From contig OY970303.1 in NCBI GenBank assembly GCA_963716255.1, positions 2,656,001 through 2,720,000 on the forward strand: 64,000 nucleotides of DNA. The letters run 5' to 3'. The notes under the pieces are model-generated. The model did not search any database, was not told where the DNA came from, and worked only from the letters and a program-made list of their open reading frames with translations. The DNA is from an uncultured Gemmatimonadales bacterium (lineage in GTDB: Bacteria; Gemmatimonadota; Gemmatimonadetes; Longimicrobiales; Longimicrobiaceae). The number at the start of each line of letters is the position of its first letter. Position 1 is the first letter of the stretch. This document shows positions 60,894 to 64,000 of this stretch, in pieces. The translations under genes were made by a program, and so were the position numbers.

Positions 60894-61709
60894 CTAGCGG
60901 GAGCGGGGCGGACGTCCGGCGCCGCGGGACGGCGGGGAGGACGGGCGGCGCGGGCCGCCGCCGGTCGCGGCGTCCAGGGCGGCGACCTCCTCCGGGGCGA
61001 GGCGGCGGTAGGCTCCCCGGGGCAGATCGCCCAGCGCCAGCGGGCCGACGGCCACCCTCACCAGCCGCAGCACCTCCACGCCAAGCGCCTCCAGCAGCCG
61101 ACGGATGTGGCGGTTCTTTCCCTCGTCCAGCACCACCTCCAGCCAGCTGTTTCGGGTCCCGGCGCGCAGCAGGGCGGCCCGCTTCGCCGCGAGGAAGTCG
61201 TCCCCGGCGGCCACGCCCTCCGTCATGCGGCGCAGCAGCGCGTCGTCTGCGACGCGGTCCACCTGCACGTGGTACGTCTTGTCCAGGTGAGTGGCGGGCT
61301 CGGTGATGCGCGCCGCCCAGCGGGTGTCGTTGGTGAAGAGCAGCAGCCCCTCGCTGGCGCGGTCCAGCCGCCCCACGGGGGCGAGGAAGGGGAGCCCCGG
61401 GTCGTTGAGGAGATCGAAGACGGTGCCGCGGCCGCGCTCGTCGGAGGCGGTGGTCACCAGGCCGCGCGGCTTGTTCAGCGCCAGGTAGACCCACTCCTCC
61501 GCGCCCACGGGCGCCCCGTCCACCTCGATGCGGTCGCGGTCCGGGTCCACGCGCAGCTCGGCGTCCCGCCGCACCGTGCCGTTCACGCGCACCCGCCCCT
61601 CCGCCACCAGCGCCCGGCCCTGCGACCGCGAGCAGAAGCCCAGCTTGGAGAGCGCCCGCGCCAGGCCCACTCCGGGGCGGCGGTCCGGGGCGGGGCCGGA
61701 TCTGCGCAT
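60894..61709 (-). CDS. rRNA pseudouridine synthase (RsuA/RluB/E/F family)
   Basis: S4 domain CSRS..GRVRVNG, LNKPRG, VGRLD, GLLLFTND, EGKNRHIRR. Confidence 0.93.
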   Translation of the reverse strand: MRRSGPAPDRRPGVGLARALSKLGFCSRSQGRALVAEGRVRVNGTVRRDAELRVDPDRDRIEVDGAPVGAEEWVYLALNKPRGLVTTASDERGRGTVFDLLNDPGLPFLAPVGRLDRASEGLLLFTNDTRWAARITEPATHLDKTYHVQVDRVADDALLRRMTEGVAAGDDFLAAKRAALLRAGTRNSWLEVVLDEGKNRHIRRLLEALGVEVLRLVRVAVGPLALGDLPRGAYRRLAPEEVAALDAATGGGPRRPSSPPSRGAGRPPRSR

Positions 61710-61916
61710 GGGACGCTCTGGTGAAGGGTCGCACCTCGCCCGACGGGCTTCCCGGGCACCAGGCGGCGGGAGAAGACCCGCGGTCACGACGAATCGTGCA
61801 TCCTCCGGGCGGCCGTGGCAAGCGGCAGGGTTGTCGCCGGGAAGTGGGGCCATATCTTTGACGGCGCGGGGGATGGGTCCCCCGCACCCGCCCGTCCCCC
61901 GCCGCACCCGCCTCCC

Positions 61917-64000
61917 ATGGCCTGGCAATCCACCCCCTTTTTCCCTCCGCTCGTCGTATCGGCGCTGATCCTCGCGCTGCTGGGCGCGTACGCGTGGCGG
62001 CACCGCCAGGTGCGCGGCGCCCCGGGGTTCATCATCCTCATGGGCGGCGGCGCCGTGTGGGCGGTGGCCTACGGGCTGCACCTGGCCGCCGCCGACCGCG
62101 CCTGGGCCGCCATCTGGATCGGCTTCATCTACCTGGGAATCGTGGCGCAGCCCATCGGCTGGCTCTTCCTGGCGGTGGAGTACGCCGGGTGGGGACGCGG
62201 GCTGAACCGCGGCAACGTGTCGCTGCTGGTGCTCGCACACCTGGCCTTCGTGGCGCTGGTCTTCACCAACGACCGGCACCACTGGGTCTTCCGCTCGTAC
62301 GAGATGGTGCGCGCGGGCGGGCGCATGGAGTTCGCCGCCGTGCCGGCCGCGGGCTTCTGGGTCAACGTGTGGACGTCGTACGCGCTGATCCTGTTCAGCA
62401 TGCTCCTGCTGTTCGTGCGGGCCGGCTCCGCGCCCCGCCTGTACCGCTGGCAGGTCGCCATCCTGGTCACCGGCTGGGTGGTCACCGCCATCCCCAACCT
62501 CCTCTTCCTGCTGGGCGACAGCCCCGTCCCGGGGATCAACCTCACCCCCTTCGTCTTTCCGCTCAAGGGCGCGCTGCTGACCGTCGGCATCTTCCGCTTC
62601 GGGCTGCTCTCCATCGTCCCCGTCGCCCGCGACGCGGTGATCGAGGCCATGCAGGAGGGGGTGATCGTGCTGGACGGCGCCGACCGGGTGGTGGACATCA
62701 ACCCCGCCGCGCAGGTCATCCTGGGGGCGCACTCGCGGCGGGTGATCGGCCGGCCGGTGCTGGACCTGCCGCACCTGGGGGAGGCCTGGGCCGCCCGCGG
62801 CCGCTCGCCGGGCGCGCCGGAGCTGACGGTGGGCGAGGGCGAGGAGGCCCGCACCTTCGACGTGCGGGTGTCCGCCGTGTCGGCGCCGCGGAGCGGGCTC
62901 AGCGGCCGCCTGGTGGTGCTGCGCGACGTGTCGGAGCGCGCGCGGATCGAGCAGGCGCTCCAGGACGCAAAGGACGCGGCGGAGGCGGCCAACCGCACCA
63001 AGAGCCAGTTCCTCGCCAACGTCAGCCACGAGCTGCGCACCCCGCTCAGCGGGATCCTGGGGAGCTGCGAGATCCTGGCGGAGGAAGCGGCCACTCCCCC
63101 GGCCATGGTCCCCGACCTGGAGCGGATCCGCGCGTCCGGGTACGAGCTGCTGCGGCTGATCGACGAGCTGCTGGACCTTTCCAAGATGGAGGCCGGGCGC
63201 ATCGAGCTGTCGCCGGAGCCGTTCGAGGTGGCGGTGCTGGTGCGCGAGGTGGCGGAGACGGTCCGCCCGCTGGCGGAGCGCAAGAACGTGGCCCTGGACG
63301 CGGACACGGCCCCGGACCCGGGGTGGGTGCTCGCGGACCGGGTGCGGCTGCGGCAGGTGCTCCTCAACCTGGTCGCCAACGCCGTCAAGTTCACGGAGTG
63401 CGGTGCGGTGCGCGTGGAGGCCCGCTGCGAGGGCGCCGCGGGGGAGACGGGCCAGGCGGTCTTCCGGGTGCGGGACACGGGGATCGGCATCACGCCGGAG
63501 CAGATCGAGCGCCTCTTCCAGCCCTTCGTGCAGGCGGACGCCTCCACCACGCGCCGCTACGGCGGCACCGGGCTGGGGCTGGCCATCGCGGAGCGCTTCT
63601 GCCGGCTGATGGGCGGGAGCATCGCGGTGGAGAGCGTCCCCGGCGAGGGCTCCACCTTCACGGTGACGCTCCCGGTGCGGCGCATCGCCGTGGCCCCGGC
63701 GGAAGCGGGCGCCGCCGCCGCGCCCGGCGGCGGCGCCACGGTGCTGGTGGTGGACGACGACGCGATGATCCGCGACGCCATCACCCGCATCCTGCGCGCG
63801 GAAGGGCTGCGGGTGGTCACCGGCGGGACGGGGGCGGACCTGCTGCGCCTGGCCCGCGAGCACGCGCCCGACCTAGTCACCCTGGACGCCATTCTCCCCG
63901 ACATGTCGGGTCCCGAGGCGCTGGCGCGGCTCCGCGAGCAGCCGGGCGGGCGCGGGATGCGGGTGGTGATGCTCACCGGGCTGGACCGCGACCACCTGGA
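61917..64000 (+). CDS. Membrane hybrid histidine kinase (HisKA_7TM-PAS-HisKA-HATPase-REC), 3'-truncated by window edge
   Basis: Manual translation [12 protein letters not shown]..; multiple TMs, [45 protein letters not shown]; no stop within the window. Confidence 0.9.
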   Translation, partial: MAWQSTPFFPPLVVSALILALLGAYAWRHRQVRGAPGFIILMGGGAVWAVAYGLHLAAADRAWAAIWIGFIYLGIVAQPIGWLFLAVEYAGWGRGLNRGNVSLLVLAHLAFVALVFTNDRHHWVFRSYEMVRAGGRMEFAAVPAAGFWVNVWTSYALILFSMLLLFVRAGSAPRLYRWQVAILVTGWVVTAIPNLLFLLGDSPVPGINLTPFVFPLKGALLTVGIFRFGLLSIVPVARDAVIEAMQEGVIVLDGADRVVDINPAAQVILGAHSRRVIGRPVLDLPHLGEAWAARGRSPGAPELTVGEGEEARTFDVRVSAVSAPRSGLSGRLVVLRDVSERARIEQALQDAKDAAEAANRTKSQFLANVSHELRTPLSGILGSCEILAEEAATPPAMVPDLERIRASGYELLRLIDELLDLSKMEAGRIELSPEPFEVAVLVREVAETVRPLAERKNVALDADTAPDPGWVLADRVRLRQVLLNLVANAVKFTECGAVRVEARCEGAAGETGQAVFRVRDTGIGITPEQIERLFQPFVQADASTTRRYGGTGLGLAIAERFCRLMGGSIAVESVPGEGSTFTVTLPVRRIAVAPAEAGAAAAPGGGATVLVVDDDAMIRDAITRILRAEGLRVVTGGTGADLLRLAREHAPDLVTLDAILPDMSGPEALARLREQPGGRGMRVVMLTGLDRDHL

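Noticed and set aside
60894..63863. 989-aa minus-strand ORF as a giant pseudouridine synthase fusion
   Set aside because: The upstream ~700 aa are the antisense of the plus-strand 7TM kinase; the real gene starts near 61709.

Overview
A very GC-rich bacterial chromosomal segment. The gene set (futalosine-pathway mqnA, large NAD-glutamate dehydrogenase, many lipoproteins and outer-membrane barrels) suggests a diderm, possibly Gemmatimonadota; this is inference. Most of the window is housekeeping or accessory metabolism: mlaEFD, mqnA, cstA, actP, ung, aldehyde/hydroxyacid dehydrogenases, glycerate kinase, gdh, a pseudouridine synthase, two hybrid histidine kinases, a TPR-lytic transglycosylase, a VapBC-like pair and a dynamin-like GTPase. 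Three things stand out. (1) A five-gene cassette at 47.1-55.0 kb encodes an ECF sigma factor, a membrane anti-sigma-like protein, a TPR-CHAT (caspase-like) protease, an orphan 307-aa protein and an S8 protease, which looks like a protease-cascade signalling or defence module. (2) Three tandem orphan RiPP (lanthipeptide-like) precursors lie at 26.6-27.2 kb; one is absent from the ORF track. (3) The intergenic DNA holds a family of structured repeats: nine ~135-nt multi-hairpin elements with perfectly compensatory, hypervariable stems and conserved AAAC loops, and a second three-hairpin family built from the same GAGAC-stem-loop-GGCTC unit. No rRNA, tRNA, CRISPR array or transposase was recognised. 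Start codons were chosen by eye and are approximate.
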